DNA of 64,000 bases from Gammaproteobacteria bacterium (GCA_965243205.1 CBDEUK010000002.1:576001-640000), one strand, 5' to 3'; shown: positions 1 through 10,134, counted from the first letter of the stretch. The notes: generated from the letters alone by a model not told the origin. Program-made: numbers and translations.

Positions 1-774
1 TATGCTGGACCACTTGCTGTATTAGTTGATCGTAATAGCGCTTCAGCCTCTGAAATATTTGCTGGAGCAATACAAGATTATAATCGAGGCATTATTATTG
101 GCGAACCGACGTTTGGTAAAGGCACTGTACAAAATATTGTCGATCTAAATCAATATTCTAATAAAGATAAAAAGAATCATGGCAAATTAAAAACGACTAT
201 TGCTCAATTTTTTAGAATCAGTGGTGGCAGTAATCAACATAAAGGTGTTGTTCCCGATATTATAATGCCAACAGCGATTGATTCAGACGACCATGGTGAA
301 CGTTCATACGATAATGCTTTACCTTGGGATCAAGTAAAACCTGCAAAATTTACTGCTTCATACGCACCTACTGAACGTTTTGCTATCGCAAAACAATTAC
401 ACGAAGAACGCGTGAAAAACGAAAAAGTATTTCAATTACTACAGCAGGAAATTGATTTAATTAAAGAGTCTTCTGAAAAGAAAACAGTAACACTAATGAA
501 AACAAAACGTTCTGAACAACGAAGTGAATTAGAAGAAACTAAAAAAGATCTTAAAAACGAATTTCGTATAGCACAAGGCTTACCGCCGATTGATGATGAA
601 AATGATGATGCTAAGGCAGAATCTGAAGATGAAGAAGATCCAATTGAGAGTGATGTCATACTTAAAGAAACAGCAAAAATTTTAAATGATTTAATCATTC
701 CAATCGATCAAAATTTAAATAACATACAAACTGTTAAACAATTTGAAACCAAAGCAGCCGATCAAATAAATTAA
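1..774 (+). CDS. prc: Carboxy-terminal processing protease (S41), 5'-truncated by the window edge
   Basis: Frame open from base 1: [38 protein letters not shown] (S41 Ser/Lys motifs), continuous with the 265..774 ORF. Confidence 0.9.
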   Translation, partial: YAGPLAVLVDRNSASASEIFAGAIQDYNRGIIIGEPTFGKGTVQNIVDLNQYSNKDKKNHGKLKTTIAQFFRISGGSNQHKGVVPDIIMPTAIDSDDHGERSYDNALPWDQVKPAKFTASYAPTERFAIAKQLHEERVKNEKVFQLLQQEIDLIKESSEKKTVTLMKTKRSEQRSELEETKKDLKNEFRIAQGLPPIDDENDDAKAESEDEEDPIESDVILKETAKILNDLIIPIDQNLNNIQTVKQFETKAADQIN

Positions 775-855
775 TATATCTTAATTTTTTTAATTAAATT
801 GTTATTATTTCATATCATAATAAAACAAACTCTTATCTAATTTGGGAGAAGCACA

Positions 856-1878
856 ATTAGTAAAATACCTGCGACCTTGATCGAAGGTGATGGCATTGGG
901 CCAGAAATTCTTGAAGCTACTGTCAATGTTCTTGATGCATTAGGTTCACCCTTTCAATGGGAACGTCACAAAGCTGGAATGGCAGCAATGGATTCTGACG
1001 GTGACCCTTTACCGCAATCGATGTTAGACAACATTCATAAAACACGTTTAGCATTAAAAGCACCATTAACCACTCCCGTAGGCAAAGGCTTTCGTTCTGC
1101 TAATGTACGTCTTCGTGAAGAATTCGGACTTTATGCTAATGTACGTCCTGCTCGTACTTATGTTCCAGGCCGATTTGAAGATATAGATTTAGTCTTATTA
1201 CGAGAAAACATGGGTGGTTTTTATGTCGGTGTAGAACATTTTATCCCTATTGATGATGACCCACATGCTGTTGCAGAAGCCACTGGTATTATTACACGCA
1301 GTGGCGTTAAACGTATTGCAGAATTTGCATTCGATTACGCGGTTAAACACAAACGCAAAAAAGTAACCATCGTTCACAAAGCGAATATCTTAAAATCATT
1401 AACAGGCCTGTTTCTAGAAACAGCTATGGATATTGGTAAGAAATACGAAGAACAAATTGAAATTGAAGAACGCATCGTTGATAACACTGCAATGCAACTA
1501 GTCATTAACCCTTCTCAATTTGATGTCTTACTAACTACTAATATGTTTGGTGATATTTTATCGGACGAAATCGCGGGATTAGTCGGTGGCCTTGGCTTAG
1601 CACCAGGTGGAAATATTGGTAAAGATGCTGCTATTTTCGAAGCCGTTCATGGTTCAGCCCCAGATATCGCAGGCAAAGGAATCGCTAACCCTACTGCATT
1701 AATGCTTGCTGCAGCAATGATGTTAGAACACAATGATTTGCATCAAGAAGGCGAGACATTGAGAACAGCTATCCGACAAACTTTAAACGAAGATAATATA
1801 AAAACCGGTGATTTAGGTGGTAATACTTCTACTAAAGACTATACAGCTGCAATAATAAAACGCATCGAACAATCATAG
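856..1878 (+). CDS. NAD-dependent isocitrate/isopropylmalate dehydrogenase family protein (IDH3-like)
   Basis: GDGIGPEI, VHKANILK, NMFGDILSD, FEAVHGSAPDIAG motifs. Family-like N-terminus xSKIPATLI extends upstream of the TTG at 877 to an ATT at 856. Confidence 0.88.
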   Translation: MSKIPATLIEGDGIGPEILEATVNVLDALGSPFQWERHKAGMAAMDSDGDPLPQSMLDNIHKTRLALKAPLTTPVGKGFRSANVRLREEFGLYANVRPARTYVPGRFEDIDLVLLRENMGGFYVGVEHFIPIDDDPHAVAEATGIITRSGVKRIAEFAFDYAVKHKRKKVTIVHKANILKSLTGLFLETAMDIGKKYEEQIEIEERIVDNTAMQLVINPSQFDVLLTTNMFGDILSDEIAGLVGGLGLAPGGNIGKDAAIFEAVHGSAPDIAGKGIANPTALMLAAAMMLEHNDLHQEGETLRTAIRQTLNEDNIKTGDLGGNTSTKDYTAAIIKRIEQS

Positions 1879-2730
1879 AGAGCTTAATAACTCTAAATCT
1901 TGCTCAGAAAAATCTATTTCATGTGCCAGCATACTCGATTGAACTGTTCTTGTTTTGCTGGCGCCTGGAATAGCGATTAAAGGGTAATCTCTTTGAATCA
2001 ACCAAGCCAATGCGATTACATAAGCACTGGTTCCATGGGTTTCAGCAACTTGCTGTAACTTCTTATCAGCCATTAAATCCTTGTGACGATAATGTCCACC
2101 CACTGGACTATGGCATATATAACTAATGTTATTATCACGACAAAATTCTGCTGTCCCGTTCTCAAGATCTTGAGCTTGAAAAATATTGCATCGATTTTGA
2201 ACTGTTAAAATTTCTGTTTGTTTTAATGCTTCAGCAATCTGTTTTCTACCAACATTACATAAACCTATATGTTTAATATGGCCTTCATTTTTTAAAGCAA
2301 CTAATTCTCCTATAGATTCATCAAATGGAATATCAGGATCAGGAGCATGTAATTGATATAAAAAAATTGAACGCAATTTTAATTCAGTTAAACTATTTTC
2401 ACAGCTAATTCGTAACCACATAGGACTAGCATCCACTGCCCAATCATTATTTAATCGCCTTAGCCCACCTTTTGTAGCAACTTTAATATCATCAGGTGCA
2501 TTTAATTCTTTTAAAGCGCGAGCTATCAATCGTTCATTATGTCCAACATCACTTTTATCTGAACAATAAACATTTGCCGTATCGATAAAATTACCACCTG
2601 ATTCAATAAAGGCATTAATAACATCAAACGCTATTTGTTCGTCAGGATGACCTGGTAAAGATAACGGCATCGCACCAAGCCCAATTGTATTGACTTCTAT
2701 GTCAGTATTTCCAAGTTTACATGTATGCAT
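1873..2730 (-). CDS. Aldo/keto reductase
   Basis: IGLGAM, FIDTANVY, ATKGG, YQLHAPD, IPG motifs. Confidence 0.9.
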   Translation of the reverse strand: MHTCKLGNTDIEVNTIGLGAMPLSLPGHPDEQIAFDVINAFIESGGNFIDTANVYCSDKSDVGHNERLIARALKELNAPDDIKVATKGGLRRLNNDWAVDASPMWLRISCENSLTELKLRSIFLYQLHAPDPDIPFDESIGELVALKNEGHIKHIGLCNVGRKQIAEALKQTEILTVQNRCNIFQAQDLENGTAEFCRDNNISYICHSPVGGHYRHKDLMADKKLQQVAETHGTSAYVIALAWLIQRDYPLIAIPGASKTRTVQSSMLAHEIDFSEQDLELLSSL

Positions 2731-2747
2731 AATGTAGTTTTTTATAA

Positions 2748-3446
2748 TTATTTTTTTGGATAGTCTATAGCTTCAATAAGCTTTGCAGAATTATAAGTTT
2801 TATTATTTAAATCTTCCTTAATTTTATTTTCAACGGCAGTTCTTCCTAAAGAAATAACTTCATCATCTATAACTGTTAAAAGTGTACCGATTTTAGCAAA
2901 TAGTTCTTTATCCAATTGCTCATTTAAATGATTATAAGTTGTTGGATTTAAATATATTGCTAATAAGTTCTCAGTTTTTAAGCCCTGTGTCAAAAAAGGA
3001 TAATTAAATACGAACCCTGGCTCTGAAAAAGCCATAACAGCTGCATTTTTATTCTCATGTTCTTCTCTGAAATAACTCGTTGAGAAACATATTAATCCTG
3101 AGTCATTACTTTCTTCCCATATTCGAGCAACCGTTAATGCATCAGATAACTCGTGTGAGACAAAATAGATATCCAATTCTTTTTCTAAAGCTGAATGTGG
3201 ATTAGAGCTCGAAAAATTTATAAAGTGATCGGAAAGAAGAGATTGAAGAATAGATGACTGCATACCTCGGAATAGTATTCCACCTTCATCATATATTAAT
3301 GGTAAAAAACTATAACCCTTGCTTAATAGTTCATTAATTTTATGATGCCAATCAGTCAATATTAGCTTTTCATCAGTAGAGCCAGCTCTAGAATTTGATT
3401 CATATGCTGTGACTAATCCGTTAGAATTATTTTTATGGTTTGCCAT
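2748..3446 (-). CDS. Hypothetical protein (possible ADP-ribosyltransferase-like fold, speculative)
   Basis: 232-aa ORF co-oriented with and 17 nt from the AKR gene; no family recognised with confidence. Confidence 0.6.
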   Translation of the reverse strand: MANHKNNSNGLVTAYESNSRAGSTDEKLILTDWHHKINELLSKGYSFLPLIYDEGGILFRGMQSSILQSLLSDHFINFSSSNPHSALEKELDIYFVSHELSDALTVARIWEESNDSGLICFSTSYFREEHENKNAAVMAFSEPGFVFNYPFLTQGLKTENLLAIYLNPTTYNHLNEQLDKELFAKIGTLLTVIDDEVISLGRTAVENKIKEDLNNKTYNSAKLIEAIDYPKK

Positions 3447-3531
3447 TTATTTTTAATTTAGCCAAAAAAATTTGTTCGCAGTGTAACCTATGTTTTGCAA
3501 ATAAAAAACTTAACAAGCTGATTAGCAATTT

Positions 3532-4494
3532 ATGAAAACAGGTCTTATTTACGATGAATTATTTTTAAGACATGATACTGGTCAAGGTCATCCTGAATGC
3601 GCTGAACGTTTATCCTATACGATAAATACTTTGGTTCAACAAAGTTGGTTTGCATCGTTAAATATATACACATCGACTACTACTGATATTTCACATATAG
3701 CCTTAATTCATAATCTACAACAAATAGAAAAAATTAAAAAAGCCTGTATAGAAAAACAAGCTTATATAGACTCTATGGATGTCAGTATCTGCGAACAATC
3801 TTATAACATTGCCTTACATGCTGTTGGTTCCGTCTTGTCTTTAGCAGATAATATTATGAATCAGAACTTAGATAATGCATTTGCATTGATCAGGCCACCT
3901 GGCCATCATGCTGAAAAGGAACAAGCACTAGGTTTTTGTTTATTTAATAATGTCGCCATTCTTGCTCGATATCTGCAAACACAATTTCAATTGGATAAAA
4001 TTCTGATAATCGATTGGGATGTCCATCATGGCAATGGAACACAACATATTTTCGAAGAAGACCCTTCTATACTTTACATTAGTACTCACCAATACCCTTA
4101 TTATCCAGGTACAGGTGCTTATAGCGAAGAAGGTATTGGTCGAGGCAAAGGAGCAACTTTAAACTGTCCAATGAATGCTGGTGACGGGGATTTGCAATAC
4201 GAATCCGCTTTTATAGAAAAGATTCTACCTAAAATAGATTCATTCAAACCTGAATTTATTATTATTTCTGCTGGTTTTGATGCTCATACGCAAGATCCTC
4301 TCGGACAGATAAATTTAAGCACTGAGTTTTATGCTTGGATGACTGAAAGAATTATTGAAAAAGCAGAAAAATATTGCGAAGGTCGTATCCTTTCAGTATT
4401 AGAAGGTGGTTATCATTTAGAAATGCTGGCACGATGTGTTACTAAACATCTAGAAGTATTATCAAATAATCAGAATTGGAGTAATTACCCTTAA
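3532..4494 (+). CDS. Zn-dependent histone deacetylase family protein
   Basis: GHPE, RPPGHHA, GFCLFNN, DWDVHHGNG, GFDAH, LEGGY. Confidence 0.93.
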   Translation: MKTGLIYDELFLRHDTGQGHPECAERLSYTINTLVQQSWFASLNIYTSTTTDISHIALIHNLQQIEKIKKACIEKQAYIDSMDVSICEQSYNIALHAVGSVLSLADNIMNQNLDNAFALIRPPGHHAEKEQALGFCLFNNVAILARYLQTQFQLDKILIIDWDVHHGNGTQHIFEEDPSILYISTHQYPYYPGTGAYSEEGIGRGKGATLNCPMNAGDGDLQYESAFIEKILPKIDSFKPEFIIISAGFDAHTQDPLGQINLSTEFYAWMTERIIEKAEKYCEGRILSVLEGGYHLEMLARCVTKHLEVLSNNQNWSNYP

Positions 4495-4503
4495 TTTTTT
4501 ATT

Positions 4504-4851
4504 ATGGAAACTTGGCAATTATTATTTTTAGGGCCTTTTGCAACGGCTTTTTTAGTGTGGTTAATTTCACCAATTTTATTGATCACAATTCCAGCATTTA
4601 CCATTATCGCGATAAAAAAATATTACCGAAAAGAAGATATTGGCTTTTATAAATTAACTAAAGCCTTTGTCATAACCGTTTTATTTCAGTTATTCGTTTT
4701 TACCGCTCTTGATTACTGTTTACCCATGATTTGGCAGCCGAATCCAAGCTACTTAACCACAGGTGCTAGTTTTTTCTCATCACAGGTATTAGGTTTTATT
4801 TTAATGATCTATTTGCTCAGTCATTATGATGCCACTAAATCACCAAACTAG
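4504..4851 (+). CDS. Hypothetical membrane protein
   Basis: 115 aa, three hydrophobic segments, 9 nt after the deacetylase gene. Confidence 0.6.
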   Translation: METWQLLFLGPFATAFLVWLISPILLITIPAFTIIAIKKYYRKEDIGFYKLTKAFVITVLFQLFVFTALDYCLPMIWQPNPSYLTTGASFFSSQVLGFILMIYLLSHYDATKSPN

Positions 4852-4858
4852 CTGAGTA

Positions 4859-5302
4859 CTACTTACACCATTTATCGACATTACCTTGCAATTGCTCTTT
4901 GCGGGCTTGAATCTCCTCTTCTGCAGCCCACTTTATATTTCCATCATCGCCTTTAATTTTAACTCTTCCGGCTGAATTTAATTCAGCTAGAAGTTTTTTA
5001 GAATTTTTACAATTTTGTTTTTTTATCTCCGCATTTTCTGCATCCACCTTTTCCTTTTCTTCTGGGCTTAATTCCGATTTTTGATCAGAGTCTGCATTGG
5101 GTTTTGCTTCAGTACTAATTTTAGTAGGTGCTGGCGGCACAGGAGGTGCTTTAGGGGTTTTGATCGTCTCGATATTATCTGCATCAGCAGGTTTGGTCTG
5201 CGAATAGGTTACATTGCCATCTGCATCAATGATTTTATAGACTTTTGCTTGAACTAAGAAAGAAGCTAATAACAACAAAAGTATGACTAATAACCTATTC
5301 AT
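4859..5302 (-). CDS. DUF4124-type secreted protein
   Basis: Signal peptide MNRLL..VQA, then VYKIIDADGNVTYSQTKP; SD GGAGAG favours a start at 5302 over 5380. Confidence 0.8.
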   Translation of the reverse strand: MNRLLVILLLLLASFLVQAKVYKIIDADGNVTYSQTKPADADNIETIKTPKAPPVPPAPTKISTEAKPNADSDQKSELSPEEKEKVDAENAEIKKQNCKNSKKLLAELNSAGRVKIKGDDGNIKWAAEEEIQARKEQLQGNVDKWCK

Positions 5303-5421
5303 AACAGCTCTCCATATCGAGAAATTATTGAAAAATGAATGCATTAGGTAATTATAGTAAGATTTCTCTGAAAAAGGCATAATTACTTATCTCTGACTCA
5401 TTAACATGTGAACCGATTATC

Positions 5422-5865
5422 ATGGAAAAATTCATTTACTTAATTGTTTTATGTCTCAGTTGTCTACTTTCTACTCAATCCCACGCTGTGAAAATCATGC
5501 TTTGTCAGGATGAAAGCGGTGAAACCATATATATGGAGACCTGCCCGCCTGGTACTGAAATTTTGCAAGAACGCAAATATTATGTTGAGAAAAAACCAGA
5601 ACCGGAAGTACCTACGGTAACCATGTATTTTGTTCCAGATTCACCTTGGTTACAGGAATTAAGAAATTATTTTTCTCGATATGAAATTCCTATCCTCGAA
5701 AAAAATGTCTCTGATAGTGTTGAGTTACAGCAAGAATTAATAGATACCTCCGGCGAACTCATTGTTCCTACCGTTAAACTCAATGAGGAAATTTATAAAG
5801 GCTATTTTCCAAATAAAATGGATAAACAAATAGAAGAAGCGGGCTATACACTCGAAAAAGAGTAG
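5422..5865 (+). CDS. Secreted DUF4124-like plus glutaredoxin-like protein lacking CxxC
   Basis: Signal peptide; VTMYFVPDSPWL..EKNV..VPTV matches the glutaredoxin fold with the Cys pair replaced. Confidence 0.65.
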   Translation: MEKFIYLIVLCLSCLLSTQSHAVKIMLCQDESGETIYMETCPPGTEILQERKYYVEKKPEPEVPTVTMYFVPDSPWLQELRNYFSRYEIPILEKNVSDSVELQQELIDTSGELIVPTVKLNEEIYKGYFPNKMDKQIEEAGYTLEKE

Positions 5866-5871
5866 TTAAAG

Positions 5872-7194
5872 TCAATTATCTAGATATTCGCCAAATAAAT
5901 CATATTCATCACTAGCTGTAATACTGACTTTTAATACATCACCAGGCTGAACAGATGTATTAGCCGGCAAGATTACATTGCCATCAATTTCTGGAGCATC
6001 TGCATAACTACGTGCCACAACATTCTCAGCATTAACTTCATCCACCAAGACTTCGATTTCTTGGCCAATTTTATGAGTTAATTTTTCTTGGCTAATTTTC
6101 GCCTGAACTTGCATGAAGTGATCCCAACGATCGGCTTTTAATTCATTTGGTACTGGTTCAGCAATCTCATTCGCTGCTGCGCCTTCAACATCAGAATATT
6201 GAAAGCAGCCTACTCTGTCTAATTTCGCTTCTTCCAAAAAATCCAATAAATGCTCAAAATCCTCTTCTGTTTCACCAGGAAAACCCACAATAAAAGTAGA
6301 GCGTAGAGTAATATCAGGGCAGATCTCACGCCAAGCTTGTATGCGTTTTAAGGTATTTTCTGTCGCCGCTGGTCGCCGCATCGACTTCAAAACTGTAGGA
6401 CTACTGTGTTGGAATGGAATATCTAAATAAGGCAAAATCTTGCCTTCAGTCATTAAAGGAATGATCTCATCGACATGAGGGTACGGATACACATAATGCA
6501 AACGTATCCAAACCCCTAAACTACTTAAAGCTTCGCATAAACCTTTCATAGAGGCTTTTACTGGTCTACCCTGCCAAAAGCCAGTCTGATATTTGATATC
6601 TGAACCATAAGCACTGGTATCTTGGGAAATCACTAATAATTCCTTCACGCCCGCGTTTACTAAACGCTCAGCTTCATTCATCACATCCCCAATATCTCGA
6701 CTGGTTAAACGACCACGCATTGAGGGAATAATGCAAAAGCTGCATTTATGATTGCAACCCTCAGAAATCTTCAAATAAGCATAATGACGTGGCGTCAGCT
6801 TAATGCCTTGTGGTGGGACTAAATCAGTAAACGGATCATGTTCTTTGCTAATAGGTGCATGCTCATGCACCGCTCCTACTACGGATTCATACTGTTGGGG
6901 GCCAGTCACGCTCAATACATTTGGATGCTGCTCACGAATTTCATCTTCATGTACACCCAAACACCCGGTCACAATCACCTTACCGTTTTCTTCCAAAGCC
7001 TCGCCAATTGCTTCTAAGGACTCCGCTTTAGCACTATCAATAAAACCACAAGTATTCACGACGACCACATTCGCATCTTGGTAATCTGAGCCAATTTCAT
7101 AACCGTCTGTACGCAATTGAGTCAAAATACGCTCAGAATCGACTAAAGCCTTGGGACAGCCCAAGCTAATAAAACCTACTTTTGGTGTTGCCAT
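5872..7194 (-). CDS. rimO: Ribosomal protein S12 methylthiotransferase
   Basis: [26 protein letters not shown] radical-SAM motif, [12 protein letters not shown] domain. Confidence 0.97.
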   Translation of the reverse strand: MATPKVGFISLGCPKALVDSERILTQLRTDGYEIGSDYQDANVVVVNTCGFIDSAKAESLEAIGEALEENGKVIVTGCLGVHEDEIREQHPNVLSVTGPQQYESVVGAVHEHAPISKEHDPFTDLVPPQGIKLTPRHYAYLKISEGCNHKCSFCIIPSMRGRLTSRDIGDVMNEAERLVNAGVKELLVISQDTSAYGSDIKYQTGFWQGRPVKASMKGLCEALSSLGVWIRLHYVYPYPHVDEIIPLMTEGKILPYLDIPFQHSSPTVLKSMRRPAATENTLKRIQAWREICPDITLRSTFIVGFPGETEEDFEHLLDFLEEAKLDRVGCFQYSDVEGAAANEIAEPVPNELKADRWDHFMQVQAKISQEKLTHKIGQEIEVLVDEVNAENVVARSYADAPEIDGNVILPANTSVQPGDVLKVSITASDEYDLFGEYLDN

Positions 7195-7290
7195 GAATAC
7201 CCAGTTTGATTGAAAAGGCGGGCTATTCTATCCGAAACCCTTGCTGGAAACGAGATAGAAAATATTATTAAAAAACTTATGCCTAGTGCC

Positions 7291-7326
7291 TTGCAAAGCC
7301 AAGCCAGACTCGGTATAAATGCGCGC
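7291..7326 (+). promoter_or_regulatory. Sigma70 stable-RNA-type promoter of tRNA-Thr
   Basis: TTGCAA-17nt-TATAAA followed by GC-rich discriminator GCGCGC. Confidence 0.6.
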
Positions 7327-7358
7327 TCTCAAATGAGAAGCACACGTCTACACCCAGT

Positions 7359-7434
7359 GCCGACTTAGCTCAGTTGGTAGAGCACCCGCCTTGTAAGCGG
7401 ACGGTCGAGAGTTCGAGTCCCTCAGTCGGCACCA
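7359..7434 (+). tRNA. tRNA-Thr(TGT)
   Basis: Cloverleaf GCCGACT/AGTCGGC, D arm GCTC/GAGC, anticodon loop CTTGTAA, TTCGA, encoded CCA. Confidence 0.95.
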
Positions 7435-7613
7435 TTTTCTTTTTAAAGTTATTTATTAAATTCCAAATATTTTTCATTAATAAACAATATTTTATAATTA
7501 TTTATTAAAACCTTTCTTACTTAATAATATTTAAATTCTTCCCTTCATGTAAACAGCTTGTCATTATTATATTTCATACTGGTTCACTTAATTTTTTGCA
7601 TTACAATAACAAC

Positions 7614-8276
7614 ATGACAACAAAAAATACTCTGGTCGTTTTGGACTTCGACGGCTTTTTAATCAATTCTTATGAGCTCTTAAAACACACCTTCTCTCAA
7701 TTTGGCCTTGATGTGGGAGATGAAGAACGCTTCAAACATCGTCGCAAGTTTTTGAAATATATTGGTGGCGGTAAAGAATTTCTCGGTAACTTAGTTTCAT
7801 ACACTCTGCCGAAAAAGAAAAAGGTACGCCAAGCCTTAACCGAGTTATATATGGAGCAAGGAGTTATTTATCGAGAATTTAATGAACTGATCAATGAGAT
7901 GATTGCTGATCCAAAAATACACATTGGTATTGTCAGTCGAAATTTCACAATAAACCCTGGTACGACCATACGCCAAGTTCTGATCAACAGTGGCATTGAT
8001 GAAGCAAACCTAGATTTTGTAATCCCTATTCCAGTTGGTGTAAAAAAACATGCCATTCTTGAAAGCATGAAAGCTTCGCGCTATGAAAATACCTTATTCG
8101 GCGGCGATGAAATTGGCGATTACAAAGCCGCTATTGCAACAAGCTACGATAAAATCATGATTGGTAGCTATGGTTTTGATAACAGACAGCGTTTAATTGA
8201 AACCGGTAATATTCCACAAGCGCTTGTTTATGACACTCAAAGCGAGATAGTGGAAGCCTTTGAAAAAAGTTTATAA
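7614..8276 (+). CDS. HAD family hydrolase
   Basis: Motif I LDFDG, motif II VSRN, motif IV GDEIGD; ATG at 7614 preferred over TTG at 7596. Confidence 0.8.
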   Translation: MTTKNTLVVLDFDGFLINSYELLKHTFSQFGLDVGDEERFKHRRKFLKYIGGGKEFLGNLVSYTLPKKKKVRQALTELYMEQGVIYREFNELINEMIADPKIHIGIVSRNFTINPGTTIRQVLINSGIDEANLDFVIPIPVGVKKHAILESMKASRYENTLFGGDEIGDYKAAIATSYDKIMIGSYGFDNRQRLIETGNIPQALVYDTQSEIVEAFEKSL

Positions 8277-8475
8277 ATACATTTATTTTTTGAATACTTT
8301 AACTTAAAAAAATATTATTAAAAATACTATAAATTATTGATTTATAATATATTATTATTTTTTCTCATGTAATTTCTAACTAGATCAAATGTTAACTGGT
8401 TCACAGTTCAACTGATTGATCCATTCTTAAGAATCGCCTAATCTGAAATAAAACACCCTCAGTTAGGCGAATCCA

Positions 8476-9747
8476 ATGTCATCAAAAACCAGCTGGCAAA
8501 AAATGATTGCATTTATTGATATGGATGCGTTTTTTGCTGCTATCGAAAAGATGGACAACCCCAAGTTAAAGCATACCCCTATAGGCGTAACCAATGGCGC
8601 ACAAGGTACTTGCTTAATTACCTGTTCTTATGAAGCTCGAGCATACGGTATACATACAGGTATGCGGCTTAAAGCTGCCCGAGAATTATGTCCGGAGCTC
8701 GTTCAATGTCCAGCTCGACCAACTCGTTATGCAGAAATCTCCACGGCGATTATGCGTAGCCTGCATAACATCAGCCCAGATATTGAAGTGTTCTCAGTCG
8801 ATGAAGCCTTTATTGATATCACTCATTGCCAACGTTATTGGAATCTAACACCTCGACAAATTGCACTTAAAATTCAACAAACTGTGTTTGAAGCTAGTGG
8901 CGTCACCTGTACTGTCGGTATTAGTGGCGATAAGACCACGGCTAAATATGCTGCGAAACAAGTCAAACCAAATCGAACTAATTATGTGGAACCCTGGCGC
9001 GCTCGAGAATTTTTAGAAGAAGTGCCCGTTACAAAACTGTGTGGTATTGGCAAAGGCATAGGACGTTTTCTTGAAGCCTATAAAGTAAAGACATGTGGTG
9101 ATATGGCAAAGCTTCCTATTAGTGTTCTTGGTAAACGCTTTGGTAATCCAGGAAAACGTATTTGGCATATGTGCCAAGGCACTGATCCTGCGAATCTCGA
9201 CACACGTATCTCTGCTCCCAAATCGATGGGGCATGGCAAGGTCATGCCACCAAACACTCGTGATCATAATATCGTCTTAACGTATTTAATCCACATGAGC
9301 GAAAAGCTTGCTGCGCGTTTACGTAAGCATCACTTACAAGCTCAATCTTTTTGGATTGCGTTACGCACAAATAAACAATGGTTTGGCGATAAATTTATAT
9401 GCGTATTTCCAACTGACCATAGTCAAGATATTATTCATCTCTGTGAAAGTTTGCTTAACTCATTACCAAACCAAGCAGGCGTTAGTGGCGTGCAAGTCAC
9501 TGCGATCGATCCAAGACCTACGGGACAACAAAGCGACCTATTTATTGAAATAGATGAAAAACAACAACAGGTCGATCATGTCATGGATTCTATTAATAAT
9601 CGTTATGGCGAATTTGCCTTAGCCCCAGCACAATTATTAAACCGTTCTAAAATGCCAAATGTTATCGCGCCAGCTTGGAAACCATATGGTCATAGGCAGT
9701 TTATTCCTAACGAAACCAATAAAGAATCGCATAGTCATATTTATTAG
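8476..9747 (+). CDS. dinB: Y-family DNA polymerase IV
   Basis: IDMDAFFAAIE, SYEARAYG, SVDEAF, GIG helix-hairpin-helix, QSDLF clamp-like motif. Confidence 0.92.
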   Translation: MSSKTSWQKMIAFIDMDAFFAAIEKMDNPKLKHTPIGVTNGAQGTCLITCSYEARAYGIHTGMRLKAARELCPELVQCPARPTRYAEISTAIMRSLHNISPDIEVFSVDEAFIDITHCQRYWNLTPRQIALKIQQTVFEASGVTCTVGISGDKTTAKYAAKQVKPNRTNYVEPWRAREFLEEVPVTKLCGIGKGIGRFLEAYKVKTCGDMAKLPISVLGKRFGNPGKRIWHMCQGTDPANLDTRISAPKSMGHGKVMPPNTRDHNIVLTYLIHMSEKLAARLRKHHLQAQSFWIALRTNKQWFGDKFICVFPTDHSQDIIHLCESLLNSLPNQAGVSGVQVTAIDPRPTGQQSDLFIEIDEKQQQVDHVMDSINNRYGEFALAPAQLLNRSKMPNVIAPAWKPYGHRQFIPNETNKESHSHIY

Positions 9748-9760
9748 TTTTTTCCATAAT
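9732..9760 (+). promoter_or_regulatory. Candidate sigma70 promoter giving a leaderless mRNA
   Basis: TAGTCA-17nt-CATAAT with ATG 7 nt downstream at 9767 and no SD. Confidence 0.45.
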
Positions 9761-9766
9761 TTATAT

Positions 9767-10096
9767 ATGCAGCTAAATAACCTCACAACATATTGTTTGA
9801 TGATTTGTTTATTGCTTACAGGGTTTAATTACTCCATAAGTCAATTCTCAAACAATGAACGGGAACCTATTGGAATATCAGATACTGTATCTGAAAACAC
9901 AATAGCGCATGATTGTTGTGAGGATGACCAAAATAATATGAACTGTGCGGATCATTGTTTAAGTATTTTTTCAGCTTGTATACTTTTTAACCAACCAATC
10001 ATTACTAATTTTTATAAAAGACAATTATACGAATCTATTCAGATAGTTTTTCCAATCAATAAAAGTACTTCATTATATCGCCCTCCTATCGCCTAA
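9767..10096 (+). CDS. CutF/CruR-like metal-responsive leader protein
   Basis: Hydrophobic N-terminus, HDCC..CADHC, C-terminal LYRPPIA*, directly upstream of a multicopper oxidase; ATG at 9767 avoids overlap with dinB. Confidence 0.75.
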   Translation: MQLNNLTTYCLMICLLLTGFNYSISQFSNNEREPIGISDTVSENTIAHDCCEDDQNNMNCADHCLSIFSACILFNQPIITNFYKRQLYESIQIVFPINKSTSLYRPPIA

Positions 10097-10129
10097 ACGT
10101 TTAGTTTTTTCTTTTAACGTTTAGGAGAT
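10088..10129 (+). promoter_or_regulatory. Stem-loop sequestering the SD of the multicopper oxidase
   Basis: CCTAAACGTT (10092-10101) pairs perfectly with AACGTTTAGG (10116-10125), overlapping the leader stop codon and the SD AGGAG. Confidence 0.8.
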
Positions 10130-10134
10130 TAAAA

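Noticed and set aside
7359-7434. tRNA-Thr as a pseudogene (C27-A43 and A52-C62 mismatches)
   Set aside because: Promoter, invariant bases and CCA are intact; such mismatches are tolerated
8389-8415. Short upstream ORF MLTGSQFN before dinB
   Set aside because: No SD, only 8 codons, expected by chance
9659-9766. Longer start for the leader ORF given by the ORF track
   Set aside because: Overlaps the dinB 3' end; the ATG at 9767 gives a proper signal-like N-terminus
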